Numbered from the stretch's first letter, positions 49,196 through 63,377 are shown. The stretch: 64,000 nt of DNA from Vicugna vicugna (GCA_013265495.1 MU058844.1:6633260-6697259); one strand, 5' to 3'. Translations and numbers: made by a program. The notes: generated by a model from the letters alone, not told the origin.

Positions 49196-50544
49196 TTTCT
49201 ACCAGTCCTACTTTGCCATTATTCCTGCTACTGTGCTGCATTAGCTTGTTCAATCTTCCTATCAGCTAGATGATTTGCATGTTCTTAGACTCACTTTACT
49301 GCAAAGTTCAGCTTAGAAAGAATAAATAATTGGCCGGAATTAAGCAACTGATAGGTGGCAGAGCTACAACGAGGCTATGAAGTACCCCAGTGTGGTGTGA
49401 CTTTTACATACAATTTGTACAGCTTGTGAGGGATGACGCTTTAAGTGTCGGTTGATTGCAGATATTAAAGGATCTACAGACACTGGTAAAATGACAGTTA
49501 ACTGATAGTGTGAAATATTTGAGGATTTTTAGCAGTTCACTGACACATCAGATCTTTAGAAAGATCATTCTGGTAGAAGTGGGGGTGATGAGTCTCAGAG
49601 ATGAAGAGGAGAGCTGGCAGGGAAGATCCAGAGACAAAATGAGGAGGAGGCAAAAGGTGACGTGTCACTGAGGATGGAAGCAAAGGGACAGATGTGAGGT
49701 TTGGAATCAGGTGGACTTGTTGATCAGTTGGTTATAGAACGTGGAGGAAAGAGACATATTAGGGTGTGCTTGAGTTGTTTAGCCTCTACAAGTACAGGAA
49801 GAATCATTTCTTCCCTTCTCTCCTAATTTGAAATTGCATTAAAAATATACGAAGGTACATCATATTTATTGGAAAAAAATCAGAAACCATCCAGATTATT
49901 TTAGCATGCAACCTTCATTTTCATTTTTAAAACAAGTTCATTAGTGAAAATCACTTAAGTCACTTTATAAAGGCAGCATATTTGAATTCTGTTTAAAAAA
50001 AAAGACAAAAAAAGAGGGTAAGCTATTCCGTGCAAAAGTGAATCCATGCTTCTGGCTAGCCTCAACAACTGAAGAATGATAAAAGGAATAGCTGTAATTC
50101 AAGTGAGAGCAAGGCTACGTGAGTAGATCCCTAGTGACAGAATGCTAAAAAAGTTGGCAGGAAGGAAAAAAGTGCTCCATCTGAAAGCATTCTGGTAAAA
50201 AGAAGTCAAGAAAAGTGGATGAATGGATGTAATTAAAGAAACTGTTTTGAAGTGATTAAAAATTATACTTCTTTACAACTAATTCCATTAAAATGTAATT
50301 TTTTTAGTGAAATATTGGTTCCTAATTATGCTGAGATTTTTATTTGTAATATTTTTTTCTTAGAACGTTTGAATAAAATTATAAAGCCTGAAGAACAACA
50401 GAAGTGCAAATGACTGTGTTGATATACCTGCTGTTAGTCGACCGCTCTTACAGGATTCACTATCTCTTACCTGCCCGAGCCACCCTCTGCTCTGGAGTTT
50501 TTTTCTCCAGTCTTCCCAGCCTCCCTCCACTCCTCCTCTACAAA

Positions 50545-51300
50545 TACCTTCTATGAGCCAGCAACTGTGTTAGGTGTTTGGGACTTGGCAGTAGACAGGA
50601 GAGAAAAGGCCCTTGCCCGCACAGAGCTTATATTCCAGTAGGGGAGGCTGAAAATTAACAAGGAAAACACATAAATAAGATCATTTCAACAGTGCTAAGT
50701 GCTATCGAAACATAACAATGATATCATGGAAGGTTCATGGGGCCTGGGGAGGGCAGCTGGAGGCATACTGGATGGGAAAGAGGCATAGCCTTATTCTGTA
50801 TGGTTTGGGAAGACTCGAGAAGGTGAAGAATGAGACAACAAAGAGGAGGAAGTCTTGCGCAGATGAGGGAGATGAGTGACTTGGACCAGGGGCATAGCCC
50901 TGCTCTGGCCCGGAAGCTAAAGAGCTTGGTCTCTTGACAGATACCAAGGGCCTGCGGGGCTACAGCCGAGCTGGGAAAAGAGTGGTGGGCCAGGCAGGTA
51001 GGCCCACTAGTGTAGGGCTTGGCAGCGCAGAGGGAGAAAGTCTCGTTTCATGCCAACCATATTAGAGATCCCTGGAGTGTGCTGAGGAGGAAACGAGATA
51101 ACCCAAGTGGTTGTCAGGAAACTAGGAGAATGTTACAAACAGTGCAGGACCACTTCTTCCTGCTTGACTTTAGCAACTGGATGGTTAGGGGGAGATAGAG
51201 ATGGGGGGACAGCTTTGGGGGAAATTCAGTAGTTCTCTTCTGGACCCAAAAAGTTCTAGAGACCACATGGAGATGTCAAGGAGGCAGTAACTGTCTGGTT
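50545..51300 (-). mobile_element. L2 fragment
   Basis: ctatgagccagca.ctgtgttaggtg..tgggac...ccttgccc.cacagagcttatattccagtagggga...taaataagatcatttca. Confidence 0.7.
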
Positions 51301-51391
51301 GGGACAATTGCATAACACACATAATCTTAACTATGGAAAAGAATTTAATCGTTAGTGTGTCTCATGTATTTTTATTTCTCTTTCTTTGCAG

Positions 51392-51502
51392 ATCATGTAT
51401 TTCAGTTCTCTGTTCCCATACGTCGTACTTATATGCTTCCTAATCAGAGCACTCCTTTTAAATGGTTCAATTGATGGCATCCGTCACATGTTTACCCCTA
51501 AG
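51392..51502 (+). CDS. SLC6A15: SLC6A15 exon 6 (111 nt): [37 protein letters not shown]
   Basis: Polypyrimidine tract with gcAG|A and donor AAG|GTACGC; TM5 FPY motif. Too short for the ORF track. Confidence 0.96.
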
Positions 51503-51835
51503 GTACGCACTGTATTTCTAATTAGGCTTATGAGCACAAAGGCTTTACGTTTATAGTTAAAATGTTCCCACAGTTAGATTTAAGAGATAATTGCTTCTAA
51601 CTTATGTTCACTAGACTGGTAAATTATAGCTGTTATGTTAACCAGCCTACTAAAACCAGAGCTTTTAGATATCTACATATATCCACCTCTCTCCAATTTT
51701 AAATGTCCCATTTTAGTGCTACAGTAAGTTTTAGTTTTTAAACTTCAAAAATTCCTCTTTTATAATTAATTAACTTCCCATTTTTACACTGATACACTTT
51801 AGAACTTTTAAATCTTTACTCTTCCTCCTCTATTT

Positions 51836-51995
51836 CAGTGATTTTCAAACTTTTTGTGACATGGACCCCTTTGAAAAAAAACTGATAATGGGATCTTCTT
51901 ACCGGGAAAAAAAAAATGAACGTATTAATTTGCTTAGTGTCTCAAGAGGTTGACAGATCACCTAGTATCTCTGGACCCAGATTAAGAACCCTACT
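51836..51995. mobile_element. hAT-Charlie fragment (MER103/Charlie4-like)
   Basis: cagtgattttcaaactttt...catggacccctttga...ggacccagattaagaaccct. Confidence 0.6.
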
Positions 51996-53399
51996 CTATC
52001 TAAATCGTGTCTCAGACAAATCCAAGACTTCTTATTTTGTTTTGAGGTTTTATATCTTCTAGAATAGTATGTATAGTAGTGCATTTGGGAAGTTCTGTAA
52101 CTTTTATAAATGCATATACATTTCAGGCAAATCCTCAATAGGTCTCCTAAAAGGCCTGGAACTTAGTCTCTGTCATTCAGCTTGGAATTGACCTCAACAC
52201 TGAACACATTGAACCTGATTAATAAATTTTTGTGGACCTGTTATATTCATTTGACAGAAAAAAAAAAGGTTTGAGGTGTATATATTTTGGTTATCCACTG
52301 AAATGAAGTTACACTTCATATTAGTTTGCTAATACGATCATAGGCAGATACTGAGTTATAAAAATACAACTTCAAAATTAGTTCAGAAATTGAAAGTTAC
52401 CCAAAGGATGAATGTGTAGCCAAGCATCTTGCTGAGGGACTGGGACACAAGATTTAACCTCCCTGGAATTGTCACTCCTGGCCTCTGCCTTGATACTGTG
52501 TAAAAGACGCTTGTGTTCTTTGGGTTCTAGTTCCAACTTGGTGTTCATTCTCTAGTAGCAAAAATGTTGACTTTGTGATCTGATTTTCTTGACTAGTTCA
52601 AAAGTCCTGTTTAACATTTAGAGTTAGTAGAACTCCTCAGTGAATAACTGGTTTAGATTTATGAATTTTGGCTATGTTTTAATTTAAATCAGTCTCAAAT
52701 GGGCCATACTTAATAACCAAAAACATTTATATTTGAAAATTAAAAAGTTTTCTGAGTTTAAAATAACTAGCTTTGGTATGAATTTCTGGAATAGCACGTT
52801 TTTCTAAGTTGTGACATAACTTTCAAAATTGATTTACGTATATATTTTAATATTTAAATACTTTGATTTGACACTTTCTCATGGCCCCAATTTTTAAGAT
52901 TGTAGCACTATTAACATTTTAAACCAGGACTGGGGATGTCTATTAAAGCAGGGTTAATTATTTCTTCACTTCACTTTCCACAAACTATTAAATGGCCAGT
53001 GTAGGATGTGGTAATTATATAATAACAATAAGAAGTTGTCAGTTACTTTCTAATGTACACTGTAAATGTAAAGGAGAAGTACCTAAGCACAGGAAATATT
53101 CCAGGTGAATGGAGGCTTAATTCCTGCAATGGAAGAAATCTGAATATGTCTAGTAAATAGGTATTATCTGCCATCTAGTGGGTAAAATAGGGATAGACAG
53201 TTGAGTGAATTTCAGATCAGTATTAACCACAGGATGGTAATTCAGCAGCAAGGGTCAATAAATAGTATGCATATCCTAGTTAATTGCAAATAAATTATAA
53301 ATATAACCATGATTATGATTCATGATTACACTGCATACATTTAAGGAATAATCACTAAAATTAATTGAAGAATAAATCCTAATATTTGAGAAATTATGC

Positions 53400-53590
53400 A
53401 TTTTGGAACTTAGTCGTGTTCATATTTCAGCTCTATTCCAGAACTGCTGTACAACGTTAGGCAGGCGACTCAACTTTTCTAAGATTCAGATAATAGTAGT
53501 AACAACTCCATAGGTGGTTGTGAATATTAAATGAGATAATCCATATAAAGTGTTTATCAGCATGGCTAGCACTATAGTCCATATATGTAA
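53400..53590 (+). mobile_element. MIR
   Basis: ataatagtag..acctccataggtggttgtgaatattaaatgagataatccatataaagtg. Confidence 0.7.
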
Positions 53591-54319
53591 ACAAGTATGG
53601 AGGCCTTAAAGCGCGGTGGGCACTGTGATCAGCAGTGTGTGTCTTGTTACTCCCACCTTTCAGTTAAAAGTTAAAACTCAGAGTGCAGCAGAGTTACTTG
53701 AAACCTATGTTCAGCACAGATTCAGAACTCTAGAACTTTGGTCTTAGAGATGATATATTGAATTTCCTCAATTTTCAAAGAAAAAGTCTTTCAGGAAATT
53801 GTTGAATGAATGAACAAGACCCACATGGATATACAAAAAACAAATAGTCCAACTCTACCAAGCTTACAAGTATTATCTGCTTTGATTTTTAGACTTTCAC
53901 CAGAAAACACAAAAATTAGGGTATTGGTTAAGTATTTAACTTTTATTGCTAATTGATTTATTTTGCTTTGGAAAGAAAACAAAGAATAGGAATAACCGAG
54001 GATAGTTCATTTCTCTTTCAAATAGTCCTTTGATGATTTGTCTTAAAGATATTTGAAAATCCCCATATAAGTGGAAAATTTCCATGTAACATCTCCATCT
54101 AAAGGCTTGATCGTTATAGTCTTTCCTATTTATAGTCCTTGTTTCATTCCTAAATTAAAAAAAATTTTTTCTACTTAAAAACAGATTATCCCCTCAATTT
54201 AAATGACCTTTGGAGCCTAGGTGTCATTATGATATGTTTAAACAATAGAACTAGTTTTATGTAGAGTATTCTGAAACATGACTTTGGGGCTGACTTCTAT
54301 TATGTTTAATTTTAAACAG

Positions 54320-54561
54320 CTTGAAATAATGCTGGAGCCCAAGGTTTGGAGAGAAGCTGCCACTCAGGTGTTCTTCGCCTTAGGTCTAGGATTTGGTGGT
54401 GTCATTGCCTTTTCAAGCTACAACAAGAGAGACAACAACTGCCACTTTGATGCCGTCCTGGTGTCCTTCATCAATTTTTTTACTTCTGTCCTGGCAACTT
54501 TGGTGGTGTTTGCAGTTCTGGGCTTCAAAGCAAACGTCATAAATGAGAAATGCATTGCAGA
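54320..54561 (+). CDS. SLC6A15: SLC6A15 exon 7 (242 nt): [80 protein letters not shown]
   Basis: Acceptor aacAG|C and donor GA|GTATGG; TM6 ([11 protein letters not shown]) and TM7. Confidence 0.97.
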
Positions 54562-54664
54562 GTATGGTTATTAATGTCCTTTAGCTTTTGATGGCATCAT
54601 TATATTGTTTAAAAATCCCCCTCTCAAACCTGTAAGTTTTCATTATTGTCGCTCTGTTTTGCAG

Positions 54665-54857
54665 AAATTCGGAAATGATCATCAAACTTGTGAAAATGGG
54701 CAACATTAGCCAGGATATCATTCCCCATCATGTCAACTTTTCTGCTGTTACTGCGGAAGATTATCATTTAGTTTATGACATCATTCAAAAAGTGAAAGAA
54801 GAAGAGTTTCCTGCTCTTCATCTCAATGCCTGTCAAATTGAAGATGAGCTAAATAAA
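54665..54857 (+). CDS. SLC6A15: SLC6A15 exon 8 (193 nt): [29 protein letters not shown]...CQIEDELNK (extended EL4)
   Basis: Follows a 103-nt intron 7; acceptor ttgcAG|A and donor AAA|GTTAGT. The long EL4 is typical of the SLC6A15-20 amino-acid transporter branch. Confidence 0.96.
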
Positions 54858-55758
54858 GTTAGTAGCTGATGTTTCAGCAATAAAATAATGATCATTAACC
54901 TAAAACAGTCACTACCTGGAAGACTTCTTTTAGGAAAATGACCTATAAAATCCCTGTGGGAGATCCTGCTGTGTCAAAATTCACATTCTTTGTTTCAGAG
55001 AACATACTTCCTTACATCAAAAAAGTTTGCTTTACTTTAAAAAGCAGTTTCATTGATTAAGCCACAATAATTTAAAATATGAATATAAATTAGGTGATTT
55101 TCATCACAGAAAATGAAATTAGTCTGACAGCTTTCCCAGTATAATATTTAATACAAATTTTGAATTATGAGTGTCATTTACATATTGCATGATCATTTGG
55201 ACACATGAATGCCATTTGCCCATTTTAATAACTGTGTTCAATAAGTCACGATTAAGTTCTTTTTCTTAGCCACTGTCATATATTTCAATAAACATGAGAT
55301 AGGTGAACATAAATAAATATCTTTGTATTAGTGGTCACATTCTCTTTGTATTGCATTGCCAAAAAGGAAAATATGGTGAAGTTGGCCGTTAATTACTTGC
55401 TTTAAGATAGCTAACTACACTTGAGACTAAACATAAAGAATCATTTGCAGGAAATTACAGATGAAGCCATCATTAATATAAAAATCTGGAATTCTGTAAG
55501 GGAAGATTTAATTATTAAATAACCCCTAAATTTCCTTTTTTTTGTTTTTAAATTTTCGCCTATCTGTTGTCTTTCTGAAATAACATGATCACCTTAAAGT
55601 TTGCTTGGAGGCATAGTTTCTTAGGTGGCAACATAATATTAGCATGTTTATTTCTAGTCACTCCTGGGTATTATTCAGAGTTTCCCGGCCCTTTGTAACT
55701 GATGTATATAGAGTTATTATTGCTCTGTATTAATGTGGCTATTTTGTATATCTTACAG

Positions 55759-55951
55759 GCTGTTCAAGGGACTGGTTTAGCTTTTATTGCCTTTACAGAA
55801 GCAATGACACATTTCCCTGCGTCTCCCTTCTGGTCAGTGATGTTCTTCCTCATGCTGGTAAATCTAGGGCTTGGCAGCATGTTTGGAACCATTGAAGGGA
55901 TCATCACGCCCATTGTGGACACTTTCAAAGTGAGGAAAGAAATTCTCACTG
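55759..55951 (+). CDS. SLC6A15: SLC6A15 exon 9 (193 nt): [64 protein letters not shown]
   Basis: Acceptor ttacAG|G and donor G|GTGAGT; GLAFI and TM8 LGLGSMFG motifs. Confidence 0.97.
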
Positions 55952-56410
55952 GTGAGTTTTCACATATTTGACTTCTTGAACTGATGCAGGCCATTTTACT
56001 CTTAGTGAGTGATGGGAGATAGGAATAGGAAAGTTTATTATTAATATATACTCATTAATGCATATTATTATTAGTTACCTATGGCTTATGTATATAATAT
56101 GCAAATTATAGATTTAATATAGATGATATTAATTATCTACTAGCAATCACTTATTATATTACTCTTTATTAGTAGTAATGTCATTATTATGAATTACTGG
56201 CACTAGAACAAAGTCATAGAATGTTCATGCATAATTTTGCATTCAAGTCAAATAATTATCAAAAAATTAGTTCAGATCCCATACTCCTTTTCCAAAAAGT
56301 GCACAGCTTAAATTGATAAACTGAAATTCAATTCTCATATAAAACAGGAATTGTAGCCTGACAGAAGTTCATATATCTAGGTAAGAAAGATGATAACACA
56401 ATTTATCAAT

Positions 56411-56561
56411 TTTTGATATAAGTATAGTCAGTTTACAATATGTCAATTTCTGGTGTACAGCATAATGCTTCAGTCATACATGAACATACATATATTCATT
56501 TTCATATTCATTTTCGCCATAAGTTACTACAAGATATTGAATATAGTTCCCTGTGCTATAC
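56411..56561 (-). mobile_element. Short 5'-truncated lineage-specific L1 3' end (camelid-like), antisense in intron 9
   Basis: agtatagtcagtttacaat...ctggtgtacagcataatgcttcagtcatacatgaac...caagatattgaatatagttccctgtgctatac; 16-bp TSD AACACA(A/G)TTTA(T/G)CAAT. Confidence 0.85.
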
Positions 56562-58765
56562 AACACAGTTTAGCAATACTGATGGTTGTTAGTAAATCCA
56601 ATCTGTAAGCAGTCATTAAAGTTCCAGTTTTGTATTGCATCTTCCTTGCATTTGAGGGATATCAACAATATAAGAGAAATTACAACAGAGATACAGCGAT
56701 AGAGGAGAGCCTTCTTCTAAAAAGAACAGTACTAATAATTAAAATCAAGTTAGGTAGGTAAGACTTGTACGATGTAATATACTGATAGATAGCGTAGTAG
56801 AGACTTTACATGTTATAAGAATTAAGAAGCAGCAAAGGTTATCCAAATATATGAGGGACCTGTCAGGGAAAGAGGTGGAAACTGAATCGGAAAAGCGGAG
56901 GTCTTTTCAGGGGTCAGAGGGTGTTAGGAAGCAGACACAACTAGAGATAAAGGGAGCAGTGAGGAAGCCAGACAGACCAGAGGACCGCAACAGTGTTGGT
57001 AAGTGATGCAAAAATACACTGGAAAAAAATAGAAAGATGATCTCGAATGCTGGGCAGTGGTGCACCAGCTCCCCAACGCTCTGTTTTTAGCTCTGAAGGA
57101 CTTAGTACTTATTTATGTGTAAATACTTTCAAATACCTATATAATATATATTATATATGTGTGTGTGTTTATACCTTTATCACTCACTGTTCTGCGAAGT
57201 GCAAAACAATTTCAGCAGTTTGTTAAATATTTACATACAGATATCTTTAACTCAGCTGAACATAAATGAGAAACGTCTTTATCTTTTCCTGAAAGACAAT
57301 CTCTTCCGGAGTTTCTATTTTATTTACGGCTATCAATACTCGGCCTGACAGGCGAAGTAACAGTCACCTTGCTGCTTTCCTCATTTTTGCCCCGTATCTC
57401 AGCCCTCCTGTGGTAAGAGGGTTTGCAAAAGCAAGGGAAAAGCAAGTTCAGAGGGAGAAACACACATGGGAGAATCTGCTAACTCGCAGTGGAAGACCTG
57501 TTAGGTCAGAGTACAGATGACTACGCACTCTTCCCGGGTTACTTCTCTTCCAGGATCATACTTTTATTCAAGTCATATTTTACTTTGATGAAATGTTCCC
57601 CCATCACCTCTGTCTCCTCTGATAGTACAGCAGGACTTAAGTAAGGGAATGACTCATTATCTTTTCCTCTCCCATTGTCAGCAAAACTCTTAGTGTCTAC
57701 ACCACCTCCACTATACCTTCTTCGAATCTACCTTATACTGTCATGTAATTAGGAGAGAGAGAGAGGGACACAGCTCTGCTACTTCCATCTTGAGACTTTG
57801 ATTACAATTTACTGTGACAAGCATTTCAGTATTTTAGTATGTGTTAGGCTCCAAGTAAATGCTACCTTTCCTATTCTATATGATATGTATATAATATTCA
57901 TTAATGTATGGTGTAACTCATACCACTGGCAGAGCACTTAAGAGATGGAGGAAATGACTTAATTTAGCCCATACTTACTGAGATTCTTAGGGAACCCCCA
58001 CTGGATGGAACCCAGGGGTGTCTGTTTTCTCCCCTCCTGCACTGCTGTTACCTGCCCTCCTTTCACTTTTGCTCACCTCTGCTAAAAGGTGTTGAGAAAC
58101 AGAACACAGTCATCTCCTGTTTTTGATGGCTTCTCTACTAAGTGCATGAGAGAATAAAGAGTCCAACAAAAATGTGGGAATATTATCTGGATTCCAGAAA
58201 TCTCTCTAGGTTTTTATATTAATGGTAGCTGGTTAAAAGTTTCTGCATCTTTCTTAAGTGCTACTGCAGAAACTCCTTTTAGATGGTTCTTAGTTACTTG
58301 GAGAATCAGATTACTGGAGCCACATTAATCTCATTATTAATTAAAAATTCAATATTGCTTCCAAAACTATGAAACATTTTTAAAAGTAGAAATGACCTAT
58401 GAACATCTGCTGCCTAAAAAGGTTACTTTGCTCTCAGTAAAGGGAAGAAGGGTAGAGAAATTTAACATATTTCTCAGTTTTGCCTCATTTGTTATATGTG
58501 CTTGGGGAAGAAGTTTCCACAGACTCAGGGAGATGAGTTGAATTACTATCTTACAATGAATTCAGATTAAGTCTGGGGCTAAGTCCTGGTAACTAACTCC
58601 CAATGAGTTATATTCCATGGTATCAGTTAAGGTATCCTATTTATATCATTGACAACTTATTAAGGTGGAAACAAACTTATTGTTTGCAATAATAAATTTA
58701 TAATGAAGTTTAGAAGACCTGGACTCTGAATAGGGCTTAATTTCTTATTTGTTCCTTTTGTCCAG

Positions 58766-58925
58766 TTATCTGTTGTCTTCTGGCATTCTGTATTGGCCTG
58801 ATATTTGTGCAGCGCTCTGGAAATTACTTTGTTACCATGTTTGATGATTATTCTGCCACACTGCCTCTGCTAATTGTAGTCATTTTGGAGAATATTGCTG
58901 TATCCTTTGTTTATGGCATAGATAA
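58766..58925 (+). CDS. SLC6A15: SLC6A15 exon 10 (160 nt): [53 protein letters not shown]
   Basis: Acceptor tccAG|T and donor AA|GTAAGT; TM9-TM10. Confidence 0.96.
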
Positions 58926-59224
58926 GTAAGTATACTCTCTTTTATGCATTCATTTTTCATCTCTGTTTTGGAAAGACCAGTTTTCACTGTCTATCCCATT
59001 TAGAAGAAGAGGGAAATGAATAGACGGAAAATTTCCTTTCCACAAAAATCAAATCTTTTGCAGGCTCTTCTTCATTCAACAATTTTAATGAAGTACTTTT
59101 CCTTATTAGGTGATGAGATAGAATGGTGTAGATGGTAATGTAGTCTAGGGTTCTGGAGCTTTGATTTAATTCTCGTTATCAAATAGTTACTTCCAAGATC
59201 TAGTGAGTGTTGGCTATGTTCCAA

Positions 59225-59385
59225 GAACCACGTCAAGTTGTTTGGAGCTATTGTTAGGTATATTTCACAGATAAGAAAACACAGGCTTAGTGAGGCACCA
59301 AGTGACTTGCTCATCACACACCTGGACAGAGGCAGACCTGGGATTCACAGCCGTTTTCGCTTAACTCTAAAGCCTATGCTTCTAG
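59225..59385 (-). mobile_element. MIR
   Basis: atttcacagataagaaaacacaggcttagtgagg..caagtgacttgctca.cacac...ggcagacctgggattc. Confidence 0.7.
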
Positions 59386-60799
59386 TTACTTGTTTTACAT
59401 GAGAAATTTTATTTTCTTGTGCTATATAATGCCTTGCTTTACCAGGCAACGTAATGTTTTATATATCAGGCTCATTTGGGGGAATGGTATGTCCTGCCCT
59501 GAGATATGTATGGCATTTGTTATACAGAAACTTCATATTTACATGGAGTCATGACTTGAATTCACTAAATGCCTAAACCTCTGAATTATATACCTGCTTG
59601 ATGTAAGAAGTAAAACACTTGGTGTGAAGTGAAGCATTAGAGTAATCTCAGAAGAAGAAAGTTTCTGAAGGCTTGGTCCGATATTTTTAAAGTTGTTGTC
59701 TCTACTTAACATACAGGGACTAAAGGCGTAAGATCATCAAGCGTATTAGAAGTCTCTGTAAAGTAGGAATGAACGAGGACCAAGAGTGCTCTTAAACAAC
59801 ATAAAGAACATTCTTGGTATTGACTGAGCTTTGTGACAAAGCTAAAAGAATGTTTTCATTACTGTCAAAAGTTCCAGGCAAGGAAAGATAGGGGAACTTA
59901 CATTCAATGATCATGTACTCATAGTAACAGTAGTAACAGCTGTATGACATGCATTTGATCTTCCTCCTCATAAAAATACTCTTTGGTAACTACTATCGCC
60001 CATATCACAGATGGAAAATTGACCCTACTTGCACAGGAGAATGCAGCGTGTTAATTGTAGAGCTAGGCCTTTAAACTTGAATTTCAAAACCAGATATTGC
60101 TACACTCTACCAAGCTACCACCACCAACTTCTAGCCTGCACCATGTTGGAATTTGATGTTGTTATCAGGCTGAATCAATAAGATCATAATTTAGATTTCC
60201 ATTTAGACAGTTTGTCATTTAAAGTAGGCATAGTAGTAAATATCTCTTTTTAGTAGTTTGTGTTCCTAAATAATAATCATTATAATAGTAGGAGGAATAA
60301 TAATACTATGCAGCTATTAAATTCCTACTGTGTGTGAAGTAGTATGCTCCACATACATTGTCTATGAGCCTAACAATAACCTTCTAAGATAGGTACTCTT
60401 GTTTTTGAAAATGCCAAAAATTTTCAACAGGACTAAGATTAACATGAAAAGATGACCAAGCTATGATGTGAAACCAAGTCCGTTGGTCTCCAAAACTCCT
60501 ATTTTGTCTTAGGAGCAAGGTTAGAATTCTCCTGTCTAAAATGCTCTCACTTAATTACTTTCCCCTCCTTTACATGTCTGTAGCAACTTTATATGCTTCC
60601 TGTTCTCTTTCAACAGTGTCATGAGCTCAGTTCTGTTCTGCCTTCTGCCACGTTTACCTACATTTCCAGAGACAGGGTTGAGGGAAAGAAGGCAATCAAA
60701 ACCTAAACTTTTGAGACAGCAAATTCAAATGCAGAAAAAGAAGTGTTGGAGCATAAGAATTTAGCAATTAGGACGAACTATGAATGAGAGGAAATGAGG

Positions 60800-62930
60800 A
60801 GGAGGAGCCCATGCAGCTGAAAGTGATGGCTGTGTATTTCCCTGAGTCTGCTCTTAAAATGGAAAGAGGAAAAGAACGACTAGAAAGCAAAACCAAATTC
60901 CCGTGAACAGTGGCAAGAAGATATCCCTGTGAGCCCCCAAACAGAGAGGCTGGGGACAAGCCACTGGCAACCACAAGACGTATGTGGTGTCGCATCTGTG
61001 TGGGAGGCAATGTAGGATGTACAACGGGGCTTAGGACAGTCTCCAGTCAGCCCCAGATCCTCCCTGCAACCTCTGGGCAGCTGACCTGGAGACCCTGACC
61101 TACACTGAGAGACATCTTACAGGATCCTTGACCTCATTTCAAGGAATGCAGAGGGATCAAAATGCAATAAGATCATCAGTGCTGGAGCAATATGGTCTCT
61201 AAAAACTCTTGAGACAGACAACCCAAAGTTCCCTTCCCAGAGAAAGCTCTGTAAGAGAGTGCTGGGCACAAAACCTCAGCTGAGCAGGAAAGAGATAGTA
61301 GGGGCAATGAAAAAGAAAGTCCAGGTAAAGATGAGAAGGAGAGCAGAGGTAAATAGAACTGAGAAATTATGAGGCCACTATTTTTTATTACTTTGCAAAA
61401 ATCGAGAGGTAATGCCCATCCCTCCCTCCTAAAAAAGCAGGAAAATTCATTTCACTTAAATGTAGTCAAAACTTTTATAAAATGTTATTTTTTTAAAAGA
61501 GAGGAAAGGGGTAGAGTAATATCCCTGCAGACAACAAAAGCACACAAGCAAAATAGATGGAAAACTAATAATGCTTCCAAATGAGTTGAAACAAATGTTT
61601 AAAAATGATAGAAGCCACAAAAGAATAGCATATATCAGTTATTTTAACATTGAAAAACGTTAGACAAAAGGAAGACTTGAAAGCAAAGGTGATAGAATGC
61701 AGGAAATAATTGTGAATAAAAAAATACACTTAAGAAATGAAGATCAAATTAAACAGAAAGCAAAACCAATAAGCACAGTGGCTACGTCCACAAGAATTAG
61801 AGACTAGAAAAGAGGAATACTTTCTAAAATCAAGAAATAACAAAGGATTTAAGAAAATGAACAGAAACAGTACTTAGGCAAAGATGATTCAACATATGTA
61901 CAATGAGGGCCTCTAAAAACAGTGGCTAGAACAAATGCTAAAAACTGTAATCAAAGAAGCTTTCCTGAAATAACTTGGATGTTGAAAGGGCAAATAATAT
62001 ACTTGAAAAAAATAGACACAAAGGCCAATACCAGGACTTAAGCCTAGGATGTTACTTCAAGACCAAAAAAAAAGGGGGGGGTGCATCCAGGCAAAAACAA
62101 GACAGAACAAAACAAAGAAAATTACTTGTAGGAAAAAATCTAATAGTCAACAAAATTTTTGTAACACTATTATGTAGTCAGACATGTTTATGAGTCTCAA
62201 GGAAAGAATACATGCCACAGATTTTAAATTCACCGAAACTGACACTGAAGTAGTGACCACAGATAAACACTCAGAACCATGCAAGAAATTAGGAGCTATA
62301 GTTACCATGATCCCTTTTTGAAGAATCTTCTAGAGAACTAGCTTTAGACAACCAAACAGTCGACAGAAACATGAGTACAAGAACTGGTGGGTGAGCAGTA
62401 AATATTTACCTTTAGATAAATACTAAGGAATATAGACTAGTATGTACTGGCTACATGCTCCTGACAGTGTTAACATCATTTGACTAAAAAGGGTGAATTT
62501 TATTTCAGGTAAATAATACTTCAAGTATTGACTTAAAAAAACAACACTTAAGTCTAATTAATCATTAGGTCTAAGTACTAAATCACAGGAAATAGAAGGA
62601 TCTGATGCACTTGTGAAGCAACACTGTGTGTATGCAATCAGAAAAATCCAGACTGTGGGAAATTACAGTGCGGAGTTCTCAGCTGATTGGATAAAAAATT
62701 GGAAGAAATGATAAAGAGATGTAGGAGGAACTTAGAGATGAAAAATGGACTTGAGAAACACATCAATCAATTGCAACGTGTGGACCTTCTTTCAATTAAA
62801 AAAAAAAGACTAAAAAGAAAGGATATTTCAGATAATATAAACACCAATTGGATTGTATGATATTAATTAATTATGGCTAAATAAAAAAAAAAGAAATTTT
62901 AATGTATTGCAAATATTGTGTTCATGGAGT
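60800..62930 (+). mobile_element. Old L1/HAL1-like 5'/ORF1 remnant followed by L1M 3' fragment
   Basis: A-rich degenerate ORF1-like text (aagattcaacat...ttcctgaaat..ttgaaagggc) and atgcaatcagaaaaatccagactgtgggaaa...aattgcaacgtgtggacctt. Confidence 0.5.
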
Positions 62931-63214
62931 GGAAAGTCATCAGTTGGAGGAGACTTTCCAGTAATTGACTTAAGAGGACTTTCCCCAAATGAAAATTACA
63001 GTAAACTGGTTCCATTTTACTTTATAAATCTTCTCAATTTATAAATCATTTTCCAATATGACTTTCGGATTCAGTATAAAATATCATAAAGTATCATGGT
63101 TAACACTCTGTCAAACCATTGATATGATGCACATTTTTGAAGGATGTGTAATTTAGCATATTTTAATATAACTATACTGACTCTGGAATAATTAAATTCT
63201 ACCTTTCTGTTTAG

Positions 63215-63377
63215 GTTTATGGAAGACCTAAAAGATATGCTGGGCTTTGCTCCCAACAGATATTACTACTATATGTGGAAATACATTTCTCCTCTAATGC
63301 TATTATCGCTGCTAATTGCTAGCGTCGTGAATATGGGATTAAGTCCTCCTGGCTATAACGCATGGATTGAAGATAAG
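63215..63377 (+). CDS. SLC6A15: SLC6A15 exon 11 (163 nt): [55 protein letters not shown]; gene continues beyond window
   Basis: Acceptor tttAG|G and donor AAG|GTAAAG. Cumulative CDS is 1818 nt with no stop, so at least one further exon lies outside the window. Confidence 0.96.
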
